This document shows positions 42,631 through 56,940 of a stretch of DNA of 64,000 nucleotides, in pieces (position 1 is the stretch's first letter; the number at the start of each line of letters is the position of its first letter). Under the pieces are notes generated by a model. The model was not told where the DNA came from, ran no database searches, and was given only the letters and a program-made list of their open reading frames with translations. The translations under genes and the position numbers were made by a program. The stretch is from an uncultured Pseudomonadota bacterium. Lineage in GTDB: Bacteria > Desulfobacterota > Binatia > Binatales > Binataceae. The stretch spans positions 669,863 to 733,862 of the forward strand of contig CAWIMH010000015.1 of assembly GCA_963837035.1 (NCBI GenBank). The letters are read 5' to 3'.

Positions 42631-43353
42631 CTAGTGTTGCGGTCCGGGACGCGCGGGCTTGCGTGCATAGAGCGTGGGATCGGGTACGCCCGCCTCGAGG
42701 AATCCGGCGACTCGCTCGGCACATTTGGTGCACTTGCCGCAATGGACGTTGCCATGGGGCCGCGCACATGAAACGGTCAGCTCGAGCCGCATGCCCTCGC
42801 CGCGCCGGACCACGTCGGCCTTGCTCAAGCCCGCGAAAGGCGTGCGGATCCTCAGCTTGATACCGACGCCGAGTTCGACCGCGCGCGCGAAGGCCCGGAA
42901 GAATTCCGGCCGCGCGTCCGGGAAGGGATTGCTCTCGAGCGGCGCCATCGCGATTTCGCCGACCCGGTTGTACGCGCAAAAGATCGCGGCCTTGCACAGG
43001 AGGCTCAAATTACGCCCAAGAATGTAGTTGGAGGACACGGTGGCGTTGTAACCCGGCACGTTACGTCCCGTTATCGACCAATGGCCGGCCGCGAGGTCGC
43101 TCATCGGCAGACGCAGCATCGTCACCGGCTGAACATTGTCGCGTCCCAGCGCACGCGCGAAACGGCGGAGTGTACGGAGTTCGTCCGGCTCCCATCGGAG
43201 GCCGGCTCGGATATAGACCGGGAATACCATGCGGCCAGTCCGTGCGGTTTGACCGAGCATGACCGAGCTGTCGAGCCCACCGCTGGCGAGGACCACGATT
43301 CGTCCGGGGAGCGGCACGATCGAATAATCGTCGGATGGAGGCTGTACGGCCAC
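42631..43353 (-). CDS. queC: 7-cyano-7-deazaguanine synthase
   Basis: 240 aa. PP-loop VVLASGGLDSS, and the zinc motif CARPHGNVHCGKCTKCAER. Confidence 0.85.
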   Translation of the reverse strand: MAVQPPSDDYSIVPLPGRIVVLASGGLDSSVMLGQTARTGRMVFPVYIRAGLRWEPDELRTLRRFARALGRDNVQPVTMLRLPMSDLAAGHWSITGRNVPGYNATVSSNYILGRNLSLLCKAAIFCAYNRVGEIAMAPLESNPFPDARPEFFRAFARAVELGVGIKLRIRTPFAGLSKADVVRRGEGMRLELTVSCARPHGNVHCGKCTKCAERVAGFLEAGVPDPTLYARKPARPGPQH

Positions 43354-43378
43354 GCGTGTCAGAATTGTTTTTGGCGCG

Positions 43379-44119
43379 TCAAATCAGTTGATCAGGCGGC
43401 CGCCGTCGAGCATCAGAGTGGCCCCGGTTGCGAAGTCCGTGCCCTCGCAGAAAAACAATACCGCACGCGCCACGTCCTCGGGCGAACCTAGCGACTTGGT
43501 CAGCGTGGCGAGGCGCAGCCGCTCGACTTCCTCTTCCCCGTAGTCTTCGGGCGGCATCACCGGACCGATCGCGACGCAATTCACCTGGACCTCTGGCGCC
43601 AGCGCCTTGGCTAACGCAGCGCGTGAGCCCGATCAGCCCGGCCTTGGAGACCGTGTAGGGCAGATAGTTGTTATACGGCCGCACACCGGCCCAGTCGCCG
43701 ATATTGACGATTTTGCCGGCGCCCTGGCGGCGCATCGCGACCGCGGCGGCTTTCGCCAGGAAAAACGGCGCCTTCAGGTTCGTGTCGAGGTTGATGTCCC
43801 AGTCGCGTTCCGTCAACTCCTCGAGCGGCTTGCGGTAGAAGACCGACGCTGAATTCACCAGAATATCGATTCGGCCGAAGGTCGCGATTATGTCCGCGAC
43901 CATTCGTTCAATTGCGGCCACGCTTTCCAGGTCCGCGGGAAAAGCCTGTGCGCGCCCGCCGGCGGCGACGATTCGCGCGACACCCTCGTCGGCCTCGGCG
44001 CGCGAATTCCGGTAGTGGATCGCCGCGACGGCCCCGCGTTCAGCCAGTTTAAGCGCGATCGCACGCCCGATGCGTTTGCCCGCGCCTGTAACCAGCGCGA
44101 CTTTGCCCTTGATTTCCAT
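43379..44119 (-). pseudogene. SDR-family oxidoreductase (FolM/pteridine-reductase-like) with an apparent frameshift near 43590-43620
   Basis: N-terminal part in one frame: GKVALVTGAGKRIGRAIA ... NSAS ... YTVSKAGL. The C-terminus is in another frame: NCVAIGPVMPPEDYGEEEVERL...ATGATLMLDGG. Confidence 0.6.
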
Positions 44120-44172
44120 CGCTTAGAAGGACGGCAACCGCCGCCCGAATGGTGATCCCCAAACCCGGGGGC

Positions 44173-45489
44173 TTATAGAGTACTGGCGATCGCCCTGAGC
44201 AAGGCCAGGTTGTCGGAGTGGCCAGTCCTCGAAGCGGTGACATGACCGATGATCGGCCGCCCCAGCAGATATAGGTCACCAATCATATCCAGTATCTTGT
44301 GCCGCGCGAATTCGTCGGGAAATCGCAGTTCGGTGTTCACTACTCGCTCGTCGTCAACCAGGATCAGGTTGTCGAGCCGCCCGCCTTTCGCCAGGCCCAT
44401 CTCGGCGAATTTGTGGAATTCGCGCACAAAGCCGAACGTCCGCGCCGGCGCAATTTCCTTTTCATAGGCTTCCGGTGACGTGAGCTCGAAATGCACGATT
44501 TGCTCACCAATCGGATGCGGATAGTGCAATCGATAGTCGACAATCAGATGATCGGCCGGCGTGATCTGAATATACTCGCCGCCCTGCCCTACCCGAATCT
44601 TTTCTCGCACCTCGATCGGCTCGACGAAGCCGGCTTGACGCTGGATACCGGTCTCGCGCAGATGCCTGCAGAACTCCGCGGCCGATCCATCGAGTGCGGG
44701 CACCTCGTCATCCGTCTTGACCATCAGGTTGGTAATACCGAGCGCGTGCAACGCTGACGTCAGATGCTCAACTGTACGGACCGAATGGCCGCCGGCACTG
44801 AGCGTGGTGTTGTACCCGGTTTCGGTCACGTTCTCCAGGCGCGCCGGAATGGCGGACTGATCCGCCAGGGACGCAAAAACGATCCCGGTGCCGGGGGGTG
44901 CAGGATGCAATATGACTCCGGTCTTGAGCCCCGAGTGAAGTCCCTGTCCTCCGATCACTACCGGATGGCGCACCGTACGCTGCGGACGTGCCGCGGCGCT
45001 TGGACGGACGGCGGTTGCTTGCGTACCTGGCGGAGCATCGTTGGGAACACGGGCGCCGCCGGTTTCGCCGGTCAGCACGCGCTCAATCGAGGCAAGCAGG
45101 CCGTTGACGGAGAACGGCTTCTCGATGAAATCCTCCGCGCCGAGACGGGTCGCGGCGACCGCGTTCTGGATATTCGCGTGCCCCGAAATCATGATTACAT
45201 GGGTTGCCGGCGTTTCGCTTTTAATTCGCCGGAGAAGCTCGATGCCGTCCAATTCGGGCATCCAGACATCGAGCAGAACCACCGTGGGTTTCTCCCGCGC
45301 GATGATTTCCATCACCCCGGGAGCGTTGCCGGTATCGAGCACCCGAAACCCTTCGTCGCTCAGAATTCCGCGCAGGGAGGACCGAATCCGCTCCTCGTCA
45401 TCCACCACCAATACGGTCGCGTTCACTCTTTGGTTCCTATTATCCTGCTTGTCCGAAAGGTTCGATCCGTCCGCGAGGACCACCGCCAC
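44173..45489 (-). CDS. lpxC: Response-regulator receiver domain fused to a full-length UDP-3-O-acyl-N-acetylglucosamine deacetylase (REC-LpxC)
   Basis: Single 438-aa ORF. Residues about 20-140 are a CheY-like REC domain (LVVDDEERIRSSL, VVLLDVWMPELDG, VIMISG, EKPF). Residues about 150-438 are a complete LpxC (RTVEHL, PALDGSAAEF, ARTFGF, FARHKILDMIGDLY, SRTGHSDN). Confidence 0.8.
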   Translation of the reverse strand: MAVVLADGSNLSDKQDNRNQRVNATVLVVDDEERIRSSLRGILSDEGFRVLDTGNAPGVMEIIAREKPTVVLLDVWMPELDGIELLRRIKSETPATHVIMISGHANIQNAVAATRLGAEDFIEKPFSVNGLLASIERVLTGETGGARVPNDAPPGTQATAVRPSAAARPQRTVRHPVVIGGQGLHSGLKTGVILHPAPPGTGIVFASLADQSAIPARLENVTETGYNTTLSAGGHSVRTVEHLTSALHALGITNLMVKTDDEVPALDGSAAEFCRHLRETGIQRQAGFVEPIEVREKIRVGQGGEYIQITPADHLIVDYRLHYPHPIGEQIVHFELTSPEAYEKEIAPARTFGFVREFHKFAEMGLAKGGRLDNLILVDDERVVNTELRFPDEFARHKILDMIGDLYLLGRPIIGHVTASRTGHSDNLALLRAIASTL

Positions 45490-45511
45490 CCCAATCTCAT
45501 CCGTTTGCAGT

Positions 45512-47735
45512 TCAGCCCAAGGCCTTGCCGAATTGCTGCTCTTTTATCGGAAATTCGAGGATGAATCTACTTCCGCGCGGCCGGTTATCCCGAACCCGGA
45601 CGAACCCGCGATGGTCGGTGACGATGGTCGAAACGATGGCCAGGCCCAGTCCCGTTCCGCCATTTTTGGTCGAAAAGTAGGGCTCAAAAATTCGGGTGCG
45701 CAGGCGTGGGTCGATTCCCGGTCCATTGTCGGCAACTTCCAGAGTGATGACACCAGCGCCGTCCGCGCTGGTGCTGACTTCGATCCGCGGGGGCTCGCCG
45801 TCATGGCCTGCGGCGATAGCCGCCACCGCGTTATCCAGCAGGTTGACCAACGCGCGCTTGAGGGCCTCGCGATCAATCGCGATCGAAGGCAGGGCCGGTG
45901 CCAGTGCCAAATCGAAATTGACGCCGGGATGGGCGCCGCGAAAATTGGTGACCGCTTCCTCGGCCAGGGCATTCAGGTCGCCCGGTACGGGATTGATCTG
46001 CGGCATGCGGGCGAAGCCCGAGAACTCGTTGACCAGCCGTTTCAGGTCCTCGACCTCGCCGATTATAGTGTGAGTACATTCATCGAGCAGGCGCGCGTCG
46101 CCGTCCGATCGCGTTGCGAGTTGGCGGCGCAGGCGCTCGGCCGATAGCTGGATCGGTGTCAGCGGGTTCTTGATTTCGTGGGCGATGCGCCGCGCCACTT
46201 CGCGCCAGGCCTCCATCCGCTCGACCTTGGCGATCTGGCTGACGTCTTCGAAAAACAGCACCATCCCGAGGTCGTTGCCGGCCTCATCGCCGAGCGGGGC
46301 TCGCGGTCATCATCAGCTCGGCTTCGGTTCCGCCCGATTCGAGCTTGAGCGAAGACCGGAGCTCCGGCGGCCTCGGTGCTGCGGTGAGGAATTCGTCCAG
46401 CGCGCGCACCAATTCCGGGCCAAAGCATTCGCGGTATGGCCGTCCCAGCACCTCGCGCGCATGCAGTCCGAGCATCCGCTCGGCGCACGGGTTAATCGCG
46501 GTGACGCGGCTTTCCGGGTCGAGCCCGACCACCCCCGCGGAAACGTTGCGCAGCAGCGTTTCGGTGTAGCGGCGGCGGCGCTCGAGTTCGGCGCGAGACG
46601 CGCGCAGGTCGGTCGTCATCTGGTTGAAAGACTCGACCAGTTGCCCGATCTCGTCGTCGCCGACTTCGGGAATCTCGTGGTTGAGGTTCCCGCCCGCAAT
46701 CTCGTGCGTTCCCTGCGCCAACAAGTTGAATCGGTCCCGTGATGCCGCGCGCCAGATAAATTCCAAACCAGCTCGCGAGCAGCACCACCGCCAGACCGAT
46801 CAGCACCAGCGCCAGGATATAGCTGTGCATGATCGGCTGGCGCAGGATGCGCAATTGGAAGATAATCCTCGAACGTACGGGAAATTCCTGCCGCGCGCGA
46901 AGCCAGGCTCTTGGGCAGGTAGTAGTCGATCACGATCGCGCCCTCCACCTAGTCGGAACTCGGACGAGGAATAGATCGGCGCGCTGCCGCGAATGACGTC
47001 CGACTTGCCCAGGCGATCGGTGCGCGTCATCGGCTTGCCCTTCAGCGTCCCCTTGACGATCTCCGAATCCGGCGAGACCCCGATTCCGGTCGGAGTGCGC
47101 GGGCTCAGCACCAGCATCATCAATCTTGCGTTTGCGCGAAAAAATCTCGATCGTGCCCAGGTTGTATTGCTGCTGAGTCTTTCGAGAAATGCGCGCAGCC
47201 GGGCGTGCCGGTCCGGTTCGAGTAGCTGGTCGCGCTGAATCCGCTCGGCCAGAACGCGCGCGAAATGCGCGGCATTGTTGGCTGAGTTGAGATAGTAGAC
47301 CTTGGCGATCTCCAGTGAATCGTCGAGCACGCGCTCGTATTCGGGGTTGAACCAGCTATCGACGTCCGCGCGCAGAAACGTGCCCGCGACATAGAGCATG
47401 AAGGCACTGGGCACCAGCGCGACCGCGATGAATCCGAAAACCAGCCGCGCCTGCAGCTTGGAGCCGATCAGACCGCGGCGGCGCTCGAAAATGGCTTTGG
47501 CCAGGTTGCGCCCGACCAGCAACAGCATCAGGCCGAGCAGCAGGAAGCTCAGGTCGAACAGCAGGATTACGACCAGGTTCGATACCAGCGAAGTGTGCGA
47601 ACTGAGCGGCGGGAGTTCGGTTTGCGCCAGGACGAAAGCGATCAGCGTGGCCGACGCGGCTGCGACCGCGACCAGTTCGCGCCGCCGGCGCTTCAATTCG
47701 GAGCGTCTCAGTTGGAGTTCGACGGTATCTGCCAT
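45512..47735 (-). pseudogene. NtrY-like sensor histidine kinase (TM-HAMP-PAS-HisKA-HATPase) with about three frameshifts. It is the cognate kinase of REC-LpxC.
   Basis: N-terminal frame MADTVELQLRRSELKRRRRELVAV plus TM helices (46800..47735). HAMP/PAS fragment EIPEVGDDEIGQLVESFNQMTTDLRAS (46284..46766). HisKA/HATPase HEIKNPLTPIQLSAERL...NGGTGLGLAIV (45512..46264). Confidence 0.6.
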
Positions 47736-47962
47736 CCGCCTAACGCCTGCAGCCAGGCGAGCATGAGGGACAGCATGATGCTCACTACTGATCGCAGTGG
47801 TGATCGGAAAGTAGAAGTGAAGTTGCCGCGCCGAATGTAAATATCGCCGGGCAGCCGGCCAAGCCGCGCCAGGATCGGGACGGATGACGCCGCCCATACG
47901 ACCAGCCCGACCGCGATCATGACTGCTCCCATCAGGACGATGGTCTTTCCCACGGATGCCAT
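47708..47962 (-). CDS. DUF2905-family small membrane protein
   Basis: MASVGKTIVLMGAVMIAVGLVVW...LGRLPGDIYIRRGNFTSTF. Its 3' end overlaps the annotated kinase start. Confidence 0.45.
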   Translation of the reverse strand: MASVGKTIVLMGAVMIAVGLVVWAASSVPILARLGRLPGDIYIRRGNFTSTFRSPLRSVVSIMLSLMLAWLQALGGWQIPSNSN

Positions 47963-48100
47963 CAGCAAGGCCCAAGGCGCGAGCCATCTACACAATCTAC
48001 CCCGCGCACGGCTCGACGCCGAGGGTGAAATGTTTCACCCATGCTAGCAACGAGCCAGGGGAGCGCGACCACCCATCGCGATCCTCCCCGATGCTACGAC

Positions 48101-50207
48101 TCAAGCCTGCGCGCGATGGGCTTCCTTCGCGTCTTTCGCTTCCTTCACCACCTTTTCGGCGATCGGTGGCGGCACTTCGTCGTAATGCGAGAAGCGTGCT
48201 TCGAATGACCCGCGCCCCGAAGTGATCGAGCGCAAGTCGGGCGCGTATTTGAGAATCTCGGACATCGGCACCAGCGCCTTGATCACCTGCCCGCTGCCCT
48301 TGCGTGTCCATCCCGAGCACACGGCCGCGGCGCGAGTTGAGGTCGCCGATGACGTCGCCCATGCATTCGTCGGGACAGGTGACATCGACCGCCATCACCG
48401 GTTCGAGCAGGATCGGCCTGGCCTTTTCGAAGGCGTTCTTGAAGCCCCATCGAGGCCGCGATCTGAAAGGCCATGTCTGAGGAATCGACGTCATGGTAGC
48501 TGCCGTCGTAAACGGTGACCTTGACGTCGACCATCGGGAACCCGGCCAGGAAGCCCTCGACCAGCGTGTTGCGCACGCCCTTTTCGACCGACGGGATGAA
48601 CTGGCGCGGGATCGAGCCGCCGACGATATCATCGACGAACTCGAAGCCGCCGCCGCGCGGTAGCGGTTCGACCTTGAGCCAGCAATCGCCGTACTGGCCG
48701 CGCCCGCCGGACTGGCGTTTGTATTTGCCCTGGGCTTCGGCGCGGCCCTTGATGGTCTCCTTGTAGGGGACCTTGGGCGCCTGCAACTCGACGTCAACAT
48801 TAAACTTGCGCTTGAGCTTTTCGACCGTGACCTCGATATGCATCTGGCCGGTGCCGGACAGGATAATCTCGTGGGTCTGCGGGTCGCGATGGGTTTCCAG
48901 AGCGGGGTCTTCCTCGACCAGGCGCTGCAGCGCCTGTCGAGGCCTTTTCTTCGTCGCCGCGGGTCTTGGGCCGGATCGCGAACGAGATGACCGGCATAGG
49001 GCTTCTCGGTCGCGGGGAAGATAACCGGCGCCTTCTCGTCACACAGCGTATCGCCGGTGGTGGTGTCCTTGAGCTTCGCGACGGCGACGATCTCGCCGGG
49101 TAGCGCGACCGCGAGCGGCGATTGCTTCTTGCCCTCGAGCCGCAGCAACTGGCCGAAGCGCTCCTTGGACCGATGCGTGGAATTGAGCACGGTGGCGTCG
49201 CTGATGCGCGCGTGCCCGAGACCACGCGGAAGATCGAGAGCTTGCCCGCAAACGGATCGATCACGGTCTTGAAGACGAACGCGCAGAACGGCGCGGCGGG
49301 ATCGGGCGCGCGTTCGACCGACTGCCGTTGTCGGCGCTTGCGCCTTGATCGGCGGGCCGTTCGTTGGGCGCCGGCATCAAGCGTCGCGATCGCGTCGAGC
49401 AGCGGGCCGATACCGATATTTTTCGCGCCGGAGCCGCAAAGCACCGGCGTCAGCTTGCCCGCCAGCACCGCCGCACGCAGCGCCGGCCGCAGATCGCCGT
49501 CGTCCAGAGTTCGCCCTGCTCGAGATATTTTTCGAGCAGCGCGTCGTCGGTCTCCGCGACGGCCTCGCAAAGCTTGGCGCGCGCTTCCTCGGCGCGGGTC
49601 TTCGAGTTCGCCGCTCAGTTCTTCTTCTTTCGCCTTGCCCGAGGCGTCGGCGATGGACGCAGCGCCTTCATCGCGAGCACGTCGATCACGCCGTTGAAAG
49701 CGAGTCTCATCGCCGATCGGCAGGGTCAGCGCGACCGGTTTCGCCGGCCAGCGCTTTTCGAGATCCGCCAGCGCGGCGTCAAAGCTCATCCGCTCGCGAT
49801 CGAGCCGCGAAACAAAGGCGATATGCGGCAGGCCAGCTGTTGATTTGCTCGAAGATCTTTTCCGACTCGACCTTCAGGTCGCCGCCGGCGCTGGCGACAA
49901 AAACCACGCCGTCGACCGCGTCGCATCGTCGCGAGGCTGTCGGCAGAAAAGCGGTGTAGCCGGGGGTGTTGGCGAGAATTACTTCGGTCTTTTTCCAGTT
50001 GAGATGATGAAATGACGAGCTGATCGAAATATGCCGGCTGATCTCCTCGGGCTCCGAATCCATCAGCGCCGTACCGTCGTCAGGACGGCCGAGACGATTG
50101 GTCGCCCCGGCGGTAAAGAGCATCGCCTCGGCCAACTGCGTTTTGCCGGTGCCGCCCTGGCCGACGATCGCGATGGTTCTAAGCCGTCCGATTTCCTCCA
50201 CTGCCAT
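48101..50207 (-). pseudogene. Elongation factor G family translational GTPase with four or more frameshifts
   Basis: G-domain IAIVGQGGTGKTQLAEAMLF...ANTPGYTAF (49779..50207). Domain [22 protein letters not shown]...[18 protein letters not shown] (48283..48843). Domain [41 protein letters not shown] (48101..48385). The 397-aa R/S/A-rich track ORF is a wrong frame. Confidence 0.6.
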
Positions 50208-50311
50208 ATCGGTTCACCTCTGCTGTAACGTTTACATAATCAACATTTGCGCAAGACCTCTCGCGGCCACTACTGGGCGTAGCTGCCGAAGCGGGCTGCG
50301 CTCGCTAACTC

Positions 50312-51111
50312 CTAATCGTAGGCGCCGGCGACACTGACTTCGCCGGCCAGAATCCGCTGTGCGCCTTGGTTCGTCTCCAGCATCAGAGCACCTTCGGCGT
50401 CAACTCCGCGTAACGCAACCGCTGACCCGGGTACTCCGCTGTCACTCACCGTGACGTTCTTCCCGGTCAACGCGAAGTACCTCTCATAGTCCGGGCGCAT
50501 CGCGGCAAAGCCGTGCGCCTCTGCCTCCATATAGCGAGAGTCCAGTCGATTAAAAAGCGTTGCGGCGATCGCGATCCGATCGCAGCGCGGCCTGTCGCGA
50601 TGCGCACCGAGGTCGCCTTAGCGCGCAGCTCTTCCGGGATATCGTCAGCGGCGAGATTGAGGTTGAGCCCGATTCCGAGCAGGACGCAGACCAGCTTCTG
50701 CGCGCTATCCGCGATCGCCTCGGCGATTATCCCGCCCGCCTTGCGCCCCTTGAGCCAGACGTCGTTGGGCCACTTGAGCGCCACCATGCCGGGCGCGACA
50801 GTCGCGAGCGCGTCGGCCGCCGCCACGCCCGCGACGAGGCTCAGGCGGGGCACCTCCGCGAGCGGGATCCGGGGTCGCAGGATAAAGGTCGCGTAGAGGT
50901 TCAAGCCCGGCGGCGAGTGCCATGAGCGGCCCAACCGTCCGCGCCCCGCGGTCTGCTGCTCGGCGATCACGACCGTACCCTGCGCGGCGCCCGCTTCGAC
51001 CATCTCCGCGGCGACCTTCTGGGTCGAGCCGACCTCGTCGAAATAGTGAATCCGCCAACCGATCGTGCCGGGCGCCCCGTGTTCAACCCCTGCGTACGGA
51101 TTACGCGACAT
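50312..51111 (-). pseudogene. birA: Biotin--[acetyl-CoA-carboxylase] ligase with an apparent frameshift near 50540-50580
   Basis: Catalytic part GTVVIAEQQTAGRGRLGRSWHSPPGLNLY...LKWPNDVWL (50467..51111). C-terminal domain MEAEAHGFAAMRPDYERYFALTGKNVTVS in another frame (50312..50530). Confidence 0.6.
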
Positions 51112-51118
51112 CGGTCCC

Positions 51119-51795
51119 TCAGACGGTCATCATGGAATCGAAGCCCTTCCAGAAGAAATGCGCCAGGCAGCGCGCCTCGGCCAGGAATTCCTCTTCGCGG
51201 CCGGTCCCGGTCACGAAATGGTCGATGCTCGCGTGCCCCGCTTCGCCGTGCTCCTTGTCGGCCTCGTAATGGACAGAGAGGAAGCGCAGATGCTCCGGCT
51301 TGAACCCGTAATTCCGCTCCATACCCTTCCATCAGCGTCTTGTAGGCCTCGACTTCGATCTCCTCCATCAGGCCGATTGCGCCGATAAACTGCGGCTTCA
51401 AACGGATGATGCGATACATGCAGGCGTTGAAGGCCGCGACGTCGGAGGCGATCGCGTCGATAAGCTGTTGGCGCGGCAATCCGAGACCGCCTTCCCAGAG
51501 CTCGAACAGCAGTTCGGTATGACCGGCGGAATGGCTGTAAAGGCCGAGCGCCTCCTCGGCAAACCCCTTGGCGGCGCCCTGTCCGGCTTTCTCGTCGAGT
51601 TCGTGCAACCGCAGGTAGACCGGCCGAAAGCGGCGCGGAGTCGCGCACGGTCATCTCGTAATGCTGGATCGGATAACCCTTGAGCTGCTCGCGCGTAGCC
51701 TTGCCGCTCGCAATCAGGTCAACATAGGGATGCTGGTTCAGGCGGTATTCGGAAACGATTTGGTTAATCTGCTTATGGAACGTCGCTGTATCCAT
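51119..51795 (-). pseudogene. PqqC/TenA/CADD-like heme-oxygenase-fold (iron-containing redox enzyme family) protein with two frameshifts
   Basis: MDTATFHKQINQIVSEYRLNQHPYVDLIASGKATREQLKGYPIQHYEMT | ...FAEEALGLYSHSAGHTELLFELWEGG...IGLMEEIEVEAYKTLMEGYGAE | MERNYGFKPEHLRFLSVHYEADKEHGEAGHASIDHFV. Confidence 0.5.
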
Positions 51796-51812
51796 CGATT
51801 CACCTCGCTCGA

Positions 51813-52009
51813 AATTGCTGAACTTAAGATTTTTGACGCGGCTCACACAGTCTTAACTTTGGCCGCGCCTTGCGGACTCAGCTGTCCCCTGTGCTCGCTT
51901 CGCCTTCGGCTCCATTGACTTAAGATTTTTGACGCGGCTCGCACAGTTTTAACTTTGGCCGCGCCCCGCGTGATCAACCGCCCCTGCGCATCGCTCCGCC
52001 TTCGGCCCA

Positions 52010-52013
<4 letters not shown>
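51813..52013. repeat. Diverged tandem duplication, about 105 bp x 2, between the nadC stop and the PqqC-like start
   Basis: Unit 1 is 51813-51918 and unit 2 is 51919-52013. The first 47 bp are near-identical (CTTAAGATTTTTGACGCGGCTCRCACAGTYTTAACTTTGGCCGCGCC). The rest is similar with indels, including a GCCTTCGGC tetraloop-like hairpin. Confidence 0.8.
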
Positions 52014-52955
<942 letters not shown>

Positions 52956-52967
52956 CCCGATTCAGAA

Positions 52968-55783
<2,816 letters not shown>

Positions 55784-55821
55784 ATCTAACCGGGACGCTG
55801 TAACCAACCGGGATGGGGGGA

Positions 55822-55907
55822 TGGTGCGAGAGGGGGGACTTGAACCCCCACGAAGTTGCCTTCACAAGGTCCTGAGCCTTGCGCGTCTGCCATTCCGCCA
55901 CTCTCGC
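55822..55907 (-). tRNA. tRNA-Leu (anticodon CAG), 86 nt, with an encoded CCA end
   Basis: Reverse strand: GCGAGAG-TG-GCGGAATGGCAGACGC-G-CAAGG-CTCAGGA-CCTTG-TGAAGGCAACTTCG (long variable arm)-TGGGGGTTCAAGTCCCCC-CTCTCGC-ACCA. It has a 7-bp acceptor stem, a T-loop TTCAAGT and a type II structure. Confidence 0.9.
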
Positions 55908-56011
55908 GGTCCTGCAAAAGATGAAGATTTATTCGGCTGCGCGGCGGCAATTCAAGCACAGCGGCGGCCGATCCTGTTACCACGCGGCGGCATTTGAAAA
56001 TTTGAAGTCCA

Positions 56012-56906
56012 TTGAAAGTTTCGATCATTATCGCGACGCATGCGCGGCCGCTTTCGCTGGAACGGCTGATCGCAGCCTCGCGCCCCAGATTGTTCCCGGC
56101 GATCCACGAAGTGTTCATTGCCGAAAATGGCACGCCCGTGCCGTCTAAGGGCGAAGGCGCCGGGGCTCGCACCGATGCACCTGCACGATCCGCGCGGCCG
56201 GGCAAATGCCGGGTGCAGAATCGCGCGATCGCGCAGGCGCGCGGCGAGATCATCGTATGCCTCGACGACGACCTTGTGGTGTCGCCCGGAGTACGTCGCT
56301 GAGGTAGAAAAGTTCTTCGCTTCTCATTCCGAGTATGCCGCGATGAAGGGCCGGATTCTGCCCGCCGAGGATCCGATCGCGAAGGCCGGTCCGGCGGCTG
56401 CCTATCTGGATTTGCCGATCGTCGATCATGGCGACGAAGTGATCGAGGTGCGCGGCGTGATCGGCGCGAACATGGCGTTTCGCGCGCCGCATTGCGCCAG
56501 GCGGGCCCATTCGACGAGCGGCTTGGTCCTGGGGCGGCCGGACACGAAGAGGAAACCGAGATGTCGCAGCGGTTGCGGCGAGCTGGCTTCCGGATTGGCT
56601 ATGCGCCGCGAGCCTCGCTTATCACGAAGTCGACCGGCGCGAGCGGACCGCGATCGTTTCACTCGGATCGCGCGCGAGCGAGGCTATTGCCGCACGCTAC
56701 ATGAGGCTCATTCACCCATCAAGGCGGGCTTTGACGCGGCAATTGCGGTCATAAGATTGTTGGTTGTGCGGGTTTCGAACGTGCCGATCGATCGGCGCGC
56801 GCGCGCCGAAAAGCGGCTGGCGATCGCGCTGGGCATCCTTGACGGATTGCGCGCACAGCGAGGGCGTAAGCGGAGCGAATCGGGCAACTCTGTGGAACAA
56901 CGATGA
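56012..56906 (+). pseudogene. Family 2 glycosyltransferase with two or more frameshifts
   Basis: MKVSIIIATHARPLSLERLI...IVCLDDDLVV, then YVAEVEKFFASHSEYAAMKGRILPAE in a second frame, and ETEMSQRLRRAGFRIGYAPRA in a third. Confidence 0.55.
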
Positions 56907-56940
56907 TAGAACTTGGCGGCGTAGATATCGCGCAGTGCGG

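Noticed and set aside
47997-49190. 397-aa ORF rich in R/S/A/P ([22 protein letters not shown]...)
   Set aside because: Low-complexity wrong frame across the EF-G family gene. The correct-frame EF-G domains IV and V are recovered from overlapping shorter ORFs.
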